From Bacteroidota bacterium (GTDB taxonomy: Bacteria > Bacteroidota > Bacteroidia > 2-12-FULL-35-15), in assembly GCA_005772895.1 (NCBI GenBank), contig SXIH01000067.1:13163-77162 (forward strand): a DNA stretch of 64,000 bases, read 5' to 3'. The notes below the pieces were generated by a model, which saw only the letters and a list, made by a program, of their open reading frames with translations, was not told the origin of the DNA and made no database searches. Shown here in pieces: positions 10,475 through 19,192 of the stretch. The position numbers were made by a program, and so were the translations under genes. Position 1 is the stretch's first letter. Each line of letters starts with the position of its first letter.

Positions 10475-11392
10475 ATGATTAAGTTTGTAGAAAATAAAAA
10501 CATCAATAAAAAGAAATGGGATGATTGTGTTAACAATAGTTCTAATCCTTCTGTTTTTGTTTATTCCTGGTATTTAGATGTTGTTTGCAAAAACTGGTCG
10601 GCACTGATTTTGAATGATTATGAAGCAGTTTTTCCAATTGTTTCAAAAACCAAATACAAGATTCATTATTTATATCAACCTTTTTTTACACGTTATTTTG
10701 GCGTGTTTTCATCTTCAAAAATTTCTTCAAAAGTTCTAACTGAATTTATGCAGGCGATTCCGGAAAAATTTAAATACATCGAATTTTGTTTTCAGGAAGG
10801 AATAACTACTCTAAAAGGGTTTGAATCAAAGGAAAAAAAATTTCAGTTATTGGATTTAGGCCCAAAGCATGATGTTCTTTATAAAGAGTATTCAGACAAT
10901 GCCAAAAGAAACATTAAAAAAGCAGTAAAAGCAGGATTGAAAATTCGACCGGATATTGCTCCTGAAAAAATAGTTCAACTTTTTAAATCTACAAAAGGAG
11001 ATGAGTTGGAAGTTTTTGGTGCGGATGATTATAAAACACTCATTAAATTAATGAATACCTGCAATGATTTGAAAAAAGGACAATCGATTGCCATTTACGA
11101 TGGCGATAAATTATGTGCTGCGGCATTTTTTATGTTTAGCAACAACCGTTTTACATTTCTGAAAAGTGGTGTGACGGATGATGGTAAGGCAAAAGGAGCA
11201 ATGCATCTGCTATTTGATTATTTTATTCAGAATAATTCAGGAAAGAAGTATCAGCTTGATTTTGGTGGTTCTTCTGTTGAGAATGTGGCTCGTTTTTACA
11301 AAAATTTCGGAGCAAAAGATTGCGTATATTTGCAAGTGAAGAAAAACAATTTGCCCAAACTGATAAAATGGGTTAAATCATTAAAAAAGTAA
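10475..11392 (+). CDS. GNAT/FemAB-like acyltransferase
   Basis: YSWYLDVV, LYQPFFT, and C-terminal LDFGGSSVENVARFYKNFGA; start moved to ATG 10475. Confidence 0.8.
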   Translation: MIKFVENKNINKKKWDDCVNNSSNPSVFVYSWYLDVVCKNWSALILNDYEAVFPIVSKTKYKIHYLYQPFFTRYFGVFSSSKISSKVLTEFMQAIPEKFKYIEFCFQEGITTLKGFESKEKKFQLLDLGPKHDVLYKEYSDNAKRNIKKAVKAGLKIRPDIAPEKIVQLFKSTKGDELEVFGADDYKTLIKLMNTCNDLKKGQSIAIYDGDKLCAAAFFMFSNNRFTFLKSGVTDDGKAKGAMHLLFDYFIQNNSGKKYQLDFGGSSVENVARFYKNFGAKDCVYLQVKKNNLPKLIKWVKSLKK

Positions 11393-11396
11393 GCAT

Positions 11397-12044
11397 ATGG
11401 TACATGTTTTAGGTGCAACTAATTCGATTTTTAATCAATATATTTCCGAAATACGTGATGAGGTTATTCAGAAGGATAGTATGCGTTTCCGAAGAAATTT
11501 AGAGCGAATGGGCGAAATTATGGCTTATGAGATAAGCAAAACTTTAAATTATTCATTAGTTGATGTAACAACTCCTTTGGGAATTGCCAGTGTTTCAATT
11601 CCAGCTCAACAACCGGTTATTGCAACAATTTTGCGAGCAGGATTACCTTTACATCAAGGATTATTAAACTATTTTGACAAAGCAGAAAACTCGTTTATAT
11701 CAGCTTATCGTAAGCACCACAAAGATGGAAGTTTTGATATTCAGGTTGAATACATGGCTTCTCCTGATTTAACCGGTAAAACATTGATTCTTTGTGACCC
11801 CATGTTGGCTTCCGGTTCATCCATGGTTTTAACTTTTCAAGCTTTAATGAGAAGAGGAATTCCAGCACATACACATATTGTTTCTGTTATTTCCAGTACA
11901 GAAGGTGTTGAATATGCTAAAAAACATTTGCCACAAAATGTCACTTTGTGGGTTGGCGTTATTGATGAAGAATTAACAGCACAATCTTATATTGTTCCTG
12001 GATTAGGTGATGCTGGAGATCTTGCATTTGGACAAAAAATTTAA
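11397..12044 (+). CDS. upp: Uracil phosphoribosyltransferase
   Basis: ILRAGL, DPMLASG and YIVPGLGDAGD motifs. Confidence 0.96.
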   Translation: MVHVLGATNSIFNQYISEIRDEVIQKDSMRFRRNLERMGEIMAYEISKTLNYSLVDVTTPLGIASVSIPAQQPVIATILRAGLPLHQGLLNYFDKAENSFISAYRKHHKDGSFDIQVEYMASPDLTGKTLILCDPMLASGSSMVLTFQALMRRGIPAHTHIVSVISSTEGVEYAKKHLPQNVTLWVGVIDEELTAQSYIVPGLGDAGDLAFGQKI

Positions 12045-12057
12045 TAGATAAGAGGAT

Positions 12058-12537
12058 ATGGATGCGTGGTGGGAAATACTTTCTGTTTTTTTATTTAGTA
12101 CAATTAAATTTTTTTTTGGCGGAGTGCCTTTGGCTTTAGGATATAATTTTTCTCATCTTGAAAGTATTATTGTTACTTCGGCTGGAGGTTGTACAGGTGT
12201 TACCATTTTTGTATACGCTAGTGATGGATTAATTGCATTTTTTAAAAAAAGAGCAGCACTAAAAAAATTAAATAACCCGAACCTTCCTCCAAAGAAAAAA
12301 TTTACTCGTACTAACAGAATTATTATCGGAGTAAAAAGAAGATTTGGGCTTTGGGGTTTTTCTTTTATTGTTCCATTTTTAATTCCAGTTCCTTTAGGTT
12401 GCTTTTTGGCTGTACGTTACTTTGATGACAAGAAAAAAATAATTGGAGCGTTATGTGTTTCAATTGTATTTTGGGCTGTTGCAGGAGCATTTTTATACAA
12501 ACCACTTTTTGATGCAATACGATACTATTTTCTTTGA
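12058..12537 (+). CDS. Small membrane protein of unknown function
   Basis: About four hydrophobic segments; cotranscribed position; overlaps the start of the next gene. Confidence 0.7.
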   Translation: MDAWWEILSVFLFSTIKFFFGGVPLALGYNFSHLESIIVTSAGGCTGVTIFVYASDGLIAFFKKRAALKKLNNPNLPPKKKFTRTNRIIIGVKRRFGLWGFSFIVPFLIPVPLGCFLAVRYFDDKKKIIGALCVSIVFWAVAGAFLYKPLFDAIRYYFL

Positions 12538-13204
12538 TTTGGATCATACGCTTTGGGATTTTGAAACAAATTCTAAAGAAGCTCTTTTTGAAATTTCTTC
12601 CAAACACCAACTATTTGATAAAGGCATTCCTTCCTTCGAACATTTTTTACTCGAGTATTTTGCCATTAATGAAAAATTATGGGAAGATTATCGAAAAAAT
12701 ATCATTTCAAAAGAAACACTTCGATATGATAGATTTCATCAGGCATTAAAAAAATTTAATATTGATGATTTTGAATTAGCCACTTCAATTGGCAACGATT
12801 ATGTAAAAAGTGCTCCGTATAAAACAAACTTGTTTCCTCATGCTCTTGAAGTACTTGAATATCTGAAAGAAAAATATTCCCTTCATATTATTACAAATGG
12901 TTTTGAAGAAACGCAGCATCTTAAATTAAGAAATTCCAAAATTGATCATTATTTTGACCATGTAATTACTTCCGAACGTTCAGGATTTAAAAAACCTGAC
13001 GAACGAATGTTTCACTTTTCATTAAGACATACTAATGCAAATGTAGAAACCAGCATAATGATAGGAGATAGTTTAGAGGCGGATGTGTTGGGAGCAAAAA
13101 ATGTAGGAATGCATCAAGTTTATTTTAATCCTCTGGAAAAAGAACACTCCGAAGACTTGACACACGAAGTAAAAGGCTTGAAAGAATTGATAGGAATTCT
13201 ATAA
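12512..13204 (+). CDS. yjjG: HAD-family noncanonical pyrimidine nucleotidase (YjjG family)
   Basis: FFDLDHTLWDF, ITNGF, KKPD and MIGDSLEADVLGA motifs; start moved to ATG 12512. Confidence 0.92.
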   Translation: MQYDTIFFDLDHTLWDFETNSKEALFEISSKHQLFDKGIPSFEHFLLEYFAINEKLWEDYRKNIISKETLRYDRFHQALKKFNIDDFELATSIGNDYVKSAPYKTNLFPHALEVLEYLKEKYSLHIITNGFEETQHLKLRNSKIDHYFDHVITSERSGFKKPDERMFHFSLRHTNANVETSIMIGDSLEADVLGAKNVGMHQVYFNPLEKEHSEDLTHEVKGLKELIGIL

Positions 13205-13207
13205 AAC

Positions 13208-13244
13208 AAAAAATCCTCTCCGAAATAATCGAAGAGGATTTTTT
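13208..13244. terminator. Bidirectional intrinsic terminator
   Basis: aaaaaatcctct...agaggatttttt between convergent genes. Confidence 0.85.
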
Positions 13245-13259
13245 ATGATTTAACAAATA

Positions 13260-13589
13260 TTACTTATCTGTTTTTGTTGTCTCAGTTGTTGTTGCTGTAG
13301 TAGCTGCAGTTGCAGTTCCTTTTGATTTGCAGCAAGATTTTTTCTCTCCTGATCCTGAACAAGCTTTTGTAGCTTCACCAGAACAAGCTTTTCCGCTTGC
13401 ATCAGTTGTATGTTTTCCAGCTGCATCTTTTTTGCAACAAGCTTTTTCTTCTTTTTTCTTTTTGTCATCTCCTTTTTTATCATCTCCGTTTACTGTAACA
13501 ACTGTTGCAGTTGTAGAAGTTAATAAAGATGTAGCAGATGCTGCACCAACAATTCCTGTGAATGCAATTAATAAAAATAATTTTTTCAT
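13260..13589 (-). CDS. Small secreted low-complexity Cys/Lys/Thr-rich protein
   Basis: Signal peptide; KACCKK, KACSG x2 and KSCCKS. Confidence 0.75.
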   Translation of the reverse strand: MKKLFLLIAFTGIVGAASATSLLTSTTATVVTVNGDDKKGDDKKKKEEKACCKKDAAGKHTTDASGKACSGEATKACSGSGEKKSCCKSKGTATAATTATTTETTKTDK

Positions 13590-13709
13590 GTGGTTTATGG
13601 TTTTAATGGTTGTTTCGATTATTATATAACCTAAAATTAATTAAAATATTTGATATCAGCTGAATTTTAACAATTGAAAATGTTAAATGGTGTTAATTGG
13701 GGGAAATTC

Positions 13710-14369
13710 CTACTCAAAAGTAGCAATCACAGTTTCCGGGCCAGTCACTTTTTGCTCCAAACTCACCTTTACTTTAACCGATAAAGGCAATAGTAAATCT
13801 ACTCTTGAGCCAAATTTAATGAAGCCGAATTCACTGCATTGAGTAGCAGTATCATTTTCCTTGGAATAATTTACAATCCTTCTGGCCATAGCTCCTGCAA
13901 TTTGTCGGAACAACACTTCCTGTCCATTCTTATGCTTTATTACTATAGTTGTTCTTTCATTATCTGTTGATGACTTAGGATGCCATGCAACTAAAAATAA
14001 ACCAGGATGATATTTTGAATACTTAACAATTCCACTTATCGGATAACGGTTGATGTGGACGTTGATGGGTGACATAAATATAGAAATCTGCAAACGTTTG
14101 TCGTTAAAATATTCCGTTTCCATCACTTCTTCAATAACTACTACTTTCCCATCTGCAGGAGCTACAATATTGTTTTCATTTATTGTAATGGTCCGATTTG
14201 GGTTTCTGAAAAATTGCAGGATTGTAATGAGTAAGAAAGCCGATAATGCATATCCTAACCAAATTATTATTGCGTAAGAGGAACAAAAATAATAAGTCAG
14301 AAAGTTGATTAGTCCTGCTACTAACAGCGTAATTATTAAAGATGGTATTCCTTCCTTGTGAAATTTCAT
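13710..14369 (-). CDS. psd: Phosphatidylserine decarboxylase proenzyme
   Basis: APADGKV, SIFMSPINVH, QIAG..ARRI and IKFGSRVD (GS self-cleavage site). Confidence 0.95.
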   Translation of the reverse strand: MKFHKEGIPSLIITLLVAGLINFLTYYFCSSYAIIIWLGYALSAFLLITILQFFRNPNRTITINENNIVAPADGKVVVIEEVMETEYFNDKRLQISIFMSPINVHINRYPISGIVKYSKYHPGLFLVAWHPKSSTDNERTTIVIKHKNGQEVLFRQIAGAMARRIVNYSKENDTATQCSEFGFIKFGSRVDLLLPLSVKVKVSLEQKVTGPETVIATFE

Positions 14370-16270
14370 TATTTCTTTTTACCAATTTCCTGACGTTGTT
14401 TTGTCATTTCTTCCAATTTCTGCTGGAACTTTGATTGTTTAACAGGTTTCTTTTTGTTTTCCTGAAGTTTAGCGTGTAATGCATCGTGGTCAATTACAAA
14501 TTTTTGAATCACCCATGTTTGTCCGAATGTAATCATGTTAGCTAAGAAATAGTACCAGCTCAATCCGGCAGAATAACTATTCATGAATCCTAAGAACATG
14601 ATTGGCATCAAGTACATCATCCATTTCATGCCTGGCATTTGATTGCTGGTTCCCATTAACTGACTGTTGCTCCAAGTATACAATAAGGTAGAAGCAGTCA
14701 TTAATAAAGCAAACAAACTCATGTGATCACCGTAAATAGAATGGATAACAGGAATGTTCCCAAAGTTCCAAACAGAATCGTAGGTTGATAAATCGTGTGC
14801 CCAAAGGAAACTTTGTTGACGCAATTCAATAGATGCAGGGAAGAAATTGAACAAGGCAATTAAAATCGGCATTTGTAACAATACTGGAATACAACCAGCC
14901 ATTGGATTAACTCCTGCTGATTTGTACAATGCCATTGTAGCTTGTTGTTTTTTAATTGGATCATCATTTTTATGTTTTTCATTCAGCTCATCAATCTCCG
15001 GTTTTAGCACTCGCATTTTTGCGGATGATAAAATGGTTTTGTATGCAATTGGCAACAACAATAACTTTAAAATGATGGTTAAGATTAAAATGATGATACC
15101 ATAATTCAAATCAAAACTATCTAAGAAATTAAAAATTGGAATTGTTAAAAATCTGTTCAGCCAACCAAAAATTTTCCATCCCAAATTGATTTGCTTTTCT
15201 AATTCCAAATCATACTTTTTTAAAGTTGCAAAATGGTTGGGGCCAAAATACATTCTCATTCCAATTGATTCAGTAGGATTGGTATATGGAATTGAAATAG
15301 CAGCACGGTACTCTTTTACATATTTAGATGACGTTTGAGAAACAGTTTCAATGGATGTTTCTTTGTTAAATGTATTGTCGGCAATAATTACTGAAGTGAA
15401 AAATTGTTGCTTAAACCCAATCCATTTAACAGGAAATTCCATAGGAAGTTTCTCGTAAGTCGATTCACTAATTCTGTCTACATTTTCAGTAGGATATTTA
15501 AAATAAATGGTGGAAGCCATTTGTTGATTTCTGATATTATGCTCCTGGGTAGGAGTTTTCATACCCCAATTCATAGTTATACTTCCATTTGTAGAAATGA
15601 TGTTTTGCATTCCAACGGTATTAATCCGGAAGCCCATCATGTATTCATTTCCTGTTAAGGAATAAATGTATTCAATGTATTTTGCTTTATCACCGGCATA
15701 CAAACGCATAGAGATGCTTTTGCTTTCTGCTCCTTTAATGTTGAAGCTAGTACCTTCGGGAGTAAAAAATAAAGAGTCGGTTGCAAATTCTTTCCCAAAT
15801 GCTTTTATCGTCAAGTTTTGTGTGGAAGAGTCGGCATCAAATAATATGAGCGGCTTTTGGTCAAAAGTTTTGTATTTTTTTAATTCAACAGAAGTAATTC
15901 TACCACCTTTTGGAGAGATGGAAACCTTCATTAATTCATTTTCTAAAAGTATGGTCTTTGTATCTCCATTAGTAGCATCAACAAAGCCACCATATACCTG
16001 TTTTTTTAGAAGTGTTTGTAAGGAATCGTTTACTTTTCCTGTTGAATCTCTTAATAAAGCTACAGGAATACCGGCAACTACAGCAGGTTTTTCAACTTTA
16101 GTAATGGTTTCACTCTTAATTTTCTCATCAGTCTTATATTGAGCAATAGAGTCGCTTACAAATTGTTCTCTTCTCTTAGCTAATTCTTCAGCAGAAGGTT
16201 GACTAAGCACCATCCAGCCAATTAATATCGCTCCAATCAGTAATAAGCCGGTAATCGATTTTTTATCCAT
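14369..16270 (-). CDS. yidC: Membrane protein insertase YidC
   Basis: YFGPN, YGIIILILT, GVNPMAGCIP.LLQMPI and FLWAHDLS motifs. Confidence 0.97.
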   Translation of the reverse strand: MDKKSITGLLLIGAILIGWMVLSQPSAEELAKRREQFVSDSIAQYKTDEKIKSETITKVEKPAVVAGIPVALLRDSTGKVNDSLQTLLKKQVYGGFVDATNGDTKTILLENELMKVSISPKGGRITSVELKKYKTFDQKPLILFDADSSTQNLTIKAFGKEFATDSLFFTPEGTSFNIKGAESKSISMRLYAGDKAKYIEYIYSLTGNEYMMGFRINTVGMQNIISTNGSITMNWGMKTPTQEHNIRNQQMASTIYFKYPTENVDRISESTYEKLPMEFPVKWIGFKQQFFTSVIIADNTFNKETSIETVSQTSSKYVKEYRAAISIPYTNPTESIGMRMYFGPNHFATLKKYDLELEKQINLGWKIFGWLNRFLTIPIFNFLDSFDLNYGIIILILTIILKLLLLPIAYKTILSSAKMRVLKPEIDELNEKHKNDDPIKKQQATMALYKSAGVNPMAGCIPVLLQMPILIALFNFFPASIELRQQSFLWAHDLSTYDSVWNFGNIPVIHSIYGDHMSLFALLMTASTLLYTWSNSQLMGTSNQMPGMKWMMYLMPIMFLGFMNSYSAGLSWYYFLANMITFGQTWVIQKFVIDHDALHAKLQENKKKPVKQSKFQQKLEEMTKQRQEIGKKK

Positions 16271-16306
16271 TCTAATTTAAAGTAAATCTTGATTTTTTAT
16301 AGGGCG

Positions 16307-16314
16307 CAAATATA
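16307..16314 (-). promoter_or_regulatory. Bacteroidota sigma-A -7 element for yidC
   Basis: TATATTTG on the minus strand ~37 bp upstream of the start; matches TAnnTTTG. Confidence 0.55.
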
Positions 16315-16466
16315 ACAATAATTTAGTGCTCAAGGGGGTATAACCAAGCAGAATTCTGTCTTATTTAAAAGGACGAATGAGAGTGTTTTTTACTTTAAAA
16401 TGAATTGCCATCCAAGTGTTGGGCGAACTTGGGCTTTTAGCATAAGGAACAGAGAGGTCAGGCAAT

Positions 16467-16502
16467 AAAAAAGCCCCGATTATGAAGAGTAACCGAGGCT
16501 TT
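16467..16502 (-). terminator. Intrinsic terminator after the DUF4412-like gene
   Basis: Minus strand aagcctcggtt...aatcggggc followed by a T run. Confidence 0.7.
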
Positions 16503-16518
16503 AAGCTTAAATGCAGGC

Positions 16519-17172
16519 CTATTTTTCGAATTTATTGTATCCTTTTGGGATATCAAATACTGTTGGGTCAACCTCTTTTTTAGTAATTTTTGTTACTTCC
16601 AGGCGGCTGTTTTCTTTTCCAGCCAAATCAGTTTGATAAGAAAGCATTGGAAACATATTTTTTAAGTCTGCAATCTGTAAGAAGTAAATAGCAGATTTTT
16701 CTTTACGATTCAACTGACGCAATAATTTTTCAAAGAATGAAAACTTACCATCTGCAATGAAATAAGTAATCTGTGTGTTTTCTTCATTGTTAGTAACAAT
16801 GTATTCAACACATTTATATCCCTGTAAATTTTTAACATTCTGTCCTTTTTTAACACTGCAAGTTCCTTTAATTACAGGAGCAGCAGGCGTATTTTGATCA
16901 CCATACAATTTTCTGTCGTGATTCAAAAATTTCATTGTTTTAGCTTCTAAATCAACCAAAAATGAACCTTCTACTTTGCGTGATTTTGATCCGATCTCAT
17001 CAATGCGAACCATGTTGTCTTTCACAGTATAAACATAGCTAGTTGTATCAATAGTAGTAGATTTTTTGAATTCGATAACGCCTTCAAAAGATTGTGCAAC
17101 GGTAGTTAAAGAGAATGCTATCATTACTACAACTGCTGTGATTAGTTTTAAAATTGATTTTTTCATTTTCAT
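16519..17172 (-). CDS. DUF4412-like secreted protein
   Basis: AQSFEGVIEF, KNLQGYKCVEY and FDIPKGY pattern. Confidence 0.8.
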   Translation of the reverse strand: MKMKKSILKLITAVVVMIAFSLTTVAQSFEGVIEFKKSTTIDTTSYVYTVKDNMVRIDEIGSKSRKVEGSFLVDLEAKTMKFLNHDRKLYGDQNTPAAPVIKGTCSVKKGQNVKNLQGYKCVEYIVTNNEENTQITYFIADGKFSFFEKLLRQLNRKEKSAIYFLQIADLKNMFPMLSYQTDLAGKENSRLEVTKITKKEVDPTVFDIPKGYNKFEK

Positions 17173-17334
17173 TTTTGTTTTAGTTTAAAGTATCGCACTT
17201 GTGTGCTAAAATAGTAATTTTTTTTAAGAGCACTGGGTCTATTTCAAAAGTTGTACCAAAAATTATAAACATGTGATTTGGCAGCGAGATTTCGCATATT
17301 TGCTGAATTTAACGGTTAAATAAAATATAAGAAT

Positions 17335-17694
17335 ATGGCGGAACACAACATTACAGGTAAAAAAGGAGAGGAAATGGCGGCCGAATTCCTTGAAAAGAAA
17401 GGGTATAAAATTTTAGAAACCAATTGGCGTTTCATGAACTTTGAAGCCGATATTATTGCAGAAACAGCGAAAACGCTGGTAATCGCAGAAGTTAAAACAC
17501 GTAAAAGTAATTATTTTGGTGAGCCGGAAAGCTTTGTAACCAAGCAAAAGCAAAAGAACCTGATAAAAACAGCGAATGCCTATATTGAACGAAAGCAGCT
17601 CGATTTGGAAGTTAGATTTGATATTATATCGGTTGTTTTAAACGACAATAATTCGGTTAAACACATTGAAGATGCCTTTTACCCATTGTTGTAA
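17335..17694 (+). CDS. YraN-family PD-(D/E)XK protein
   Basis: GKKGEEMA..FL..KGYKILETNWR...EVKTR...RFDII. Confidence 0.92.
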   Translation: MAEHNITGKKGEEMAAEFLEKKGYKILETNWRFMNFEADIIAETAKTLVIAEVKTRKSNYFGEPESFVTKQKQKNLIKTANAYIERKQLDLEVRFDIISVVLNDNNSVKHIEDAFYPLL

Positions 17695-17772
17695 TTTGCT
17701 TCTTCTCCTTTAATAATGCCCTTTCTAAGGTAAAACCTATTATTTTACTTATCTTTGCAAAAAAATACGAAT

Positions 17773-19092
17773 ATGGCTAAGGAATTCAAACGCAAAACAG
17801 GCAAAGATTTTAAGGGGAAACGTTCATTTGGAACAAAAAACAGAGGGAATGAAGATCAAAAGTCTGATTTTCCAAAGTCTAAGTATTCTGACAGTGAATC
17901 AAAGTCGTTTCCTGCAAAAGATAAAAAAGACAAGCGTGATAGTAAGCCGGCTTTTGAACGTTACCGTGATGAATCACGCCCTTCTGATTTTGGTTCTTCT
18001 AAACGAAATAATGATAGTCGCTCTGATGATTATAAAAAAAGAAAATCATCAGAGGAGACATCTTTTCCTAAAAAATATGCTGATAAAAAAGAATCATTTT
18101 TTGATAAGAAGAAAGAGGAAAGAAATTCTAAGCCCTTTTCAAAACGACCATTCTCAAAGGATTCGAATCAGATAAAAAAATCTTCATCTGCTAATCCATA
18201 TGATTTAGATGAAAAAGATTTTGAATATGGAAAGCCCAAAACAGAATACAATAAATCACAGGGTAAAGGATTTAAGGGCAGAGGATACGAGAAGAAACCC
18301 TATGTTAAAAAAACATGGACGAAAAAAGATACTCCTTCAAAAAAATCCCGTGAAGAAGATGATGGAAGTATGCGACTCAATAAATACATCGCTAATGCAG
18401 GAATTTGTTCGAGAAGAGAGGCGGATGATTTAATTTCTTCAGGTGTTGTTCAGGTAAATGGTAAAACCATAACCGAAATGGGATATCGTGTTAAGCCTAC
18501 TGATATTATTAAGTATGGCGGACAAACGCTTAAAAAAGAACGCTTGGTATATCTTATTTTAAACAAACCCAAAGACTATATCACTACTGCTGACGATCCT
18601 CAAAAAAGAAGAACAGTATTGGAATTAATTGCCGGAGCTTGTAAGGAACGTATTTATCCGGTTGGCCGTTTAGATAGAGCAACAACCGGTTTACTGATGT
18701 TTACCAATGATGGCGATTTAACCAAAAAGTTAACGCATCCGAAATACGGTGTACGTAAAATATATCATGTGGAGTTAGATAAACCTTTGAAACGTGCGGA
18801 TATGGATAAAATAACAGAAGGCTTGGAGTTGGAAGATGGTCCGATTAAAGTGGATGAAATTTCCTATGTTGCCAATGGAATTGATAAAACTCAAGTAGGA
18901 GTGGAGATACATTCAGGTAAAAACAGAATTGTAAGAAGAATATTTGAACACATGGGCTACAATGTTCGTAAGCTCGACAGGGTAATGTTTGGTTCTTTAA
19001 CCAAAAAAGATATGGCTCGCGGTCGCTGGAGATTTCTTACGGATGCAGAAGTAGGAATGCTCAAAATGATTAGTTCTGGCGAGGTTAAATAA
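17773..19092 (+). CDS. rluB: 23S rRNA pseudouridine synthase (RluB-like) with long low-complexity N-terminus
   Basis: S4 RLNKYIANAGICSRREAD, LNKPKDY, VGRLDRATTG and GKNRIVRRIF motifs. Confidence 0.88.
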   Translation: MAKEFKRKTGKDFKGKRSFGTKNRGNEDQKSDFPKSKYSDSESKSFPAKDKKDKRDSKPAFERYRDESRPSDFGSSKRNNDSRSDDYKKRKSSEETSFPKKYADKKESFFDKKKEERNSKPFSKRPFSKDSNQIKKSSSANPYDLDEKDFEYGKPKTEYNKSQGKGFKGRGYEKKPYVKKTWTKKDTPSKKSREEDDGSMRLNKYIANAGICSRREADDLISSGVVQVNGKTITEMGYRVKPTDIIKYGGQTLKKERLVYLILNKPKDYITTADDPQKRRTVLELIAGACKERIYPVGRLDRATTGLLMFTNDGDLTKKLTHPKYGVRKIYHVELDKPLKRADMDKITEGLELEDGPIKVDEISYVANGIDKTQVGVEIHSGKNRIVRRIFEHMGYNVRKLDRVMFGSLTKKDMARGRWRFLTDAEVGMLKMISSGEVK

Positions 19093-19192
19093 TACTAAAC
19101 TTATTCACTTTCCGTTATTGATAACATCTTTTTGCTTTACATAGTATTACAGGCTTTTATTGTAAACTTTGTAATTGCAATTGATGCGTTCA

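Noticed and set aside
13250..13629. Overlapping alternative ORFs 13250..13483(-) and 13327..13629(+)
   Set aside because: By-products of low-complexity sequence; only 13260..13589 has a signal peptide and a good start context.
14847..16142. Antisense ORFs inside yidC, and similar short ORFs inside other long genes
   Set aside because: Shadow ORFs opposite well-supported genes, with no motifs.
17773..18370. Novel domain at the RluB N-terminus
   Set aside because: Low-complexity K/R/S/D-rich extension of the kind commonly seen on this enzyme in Bacteroidota.
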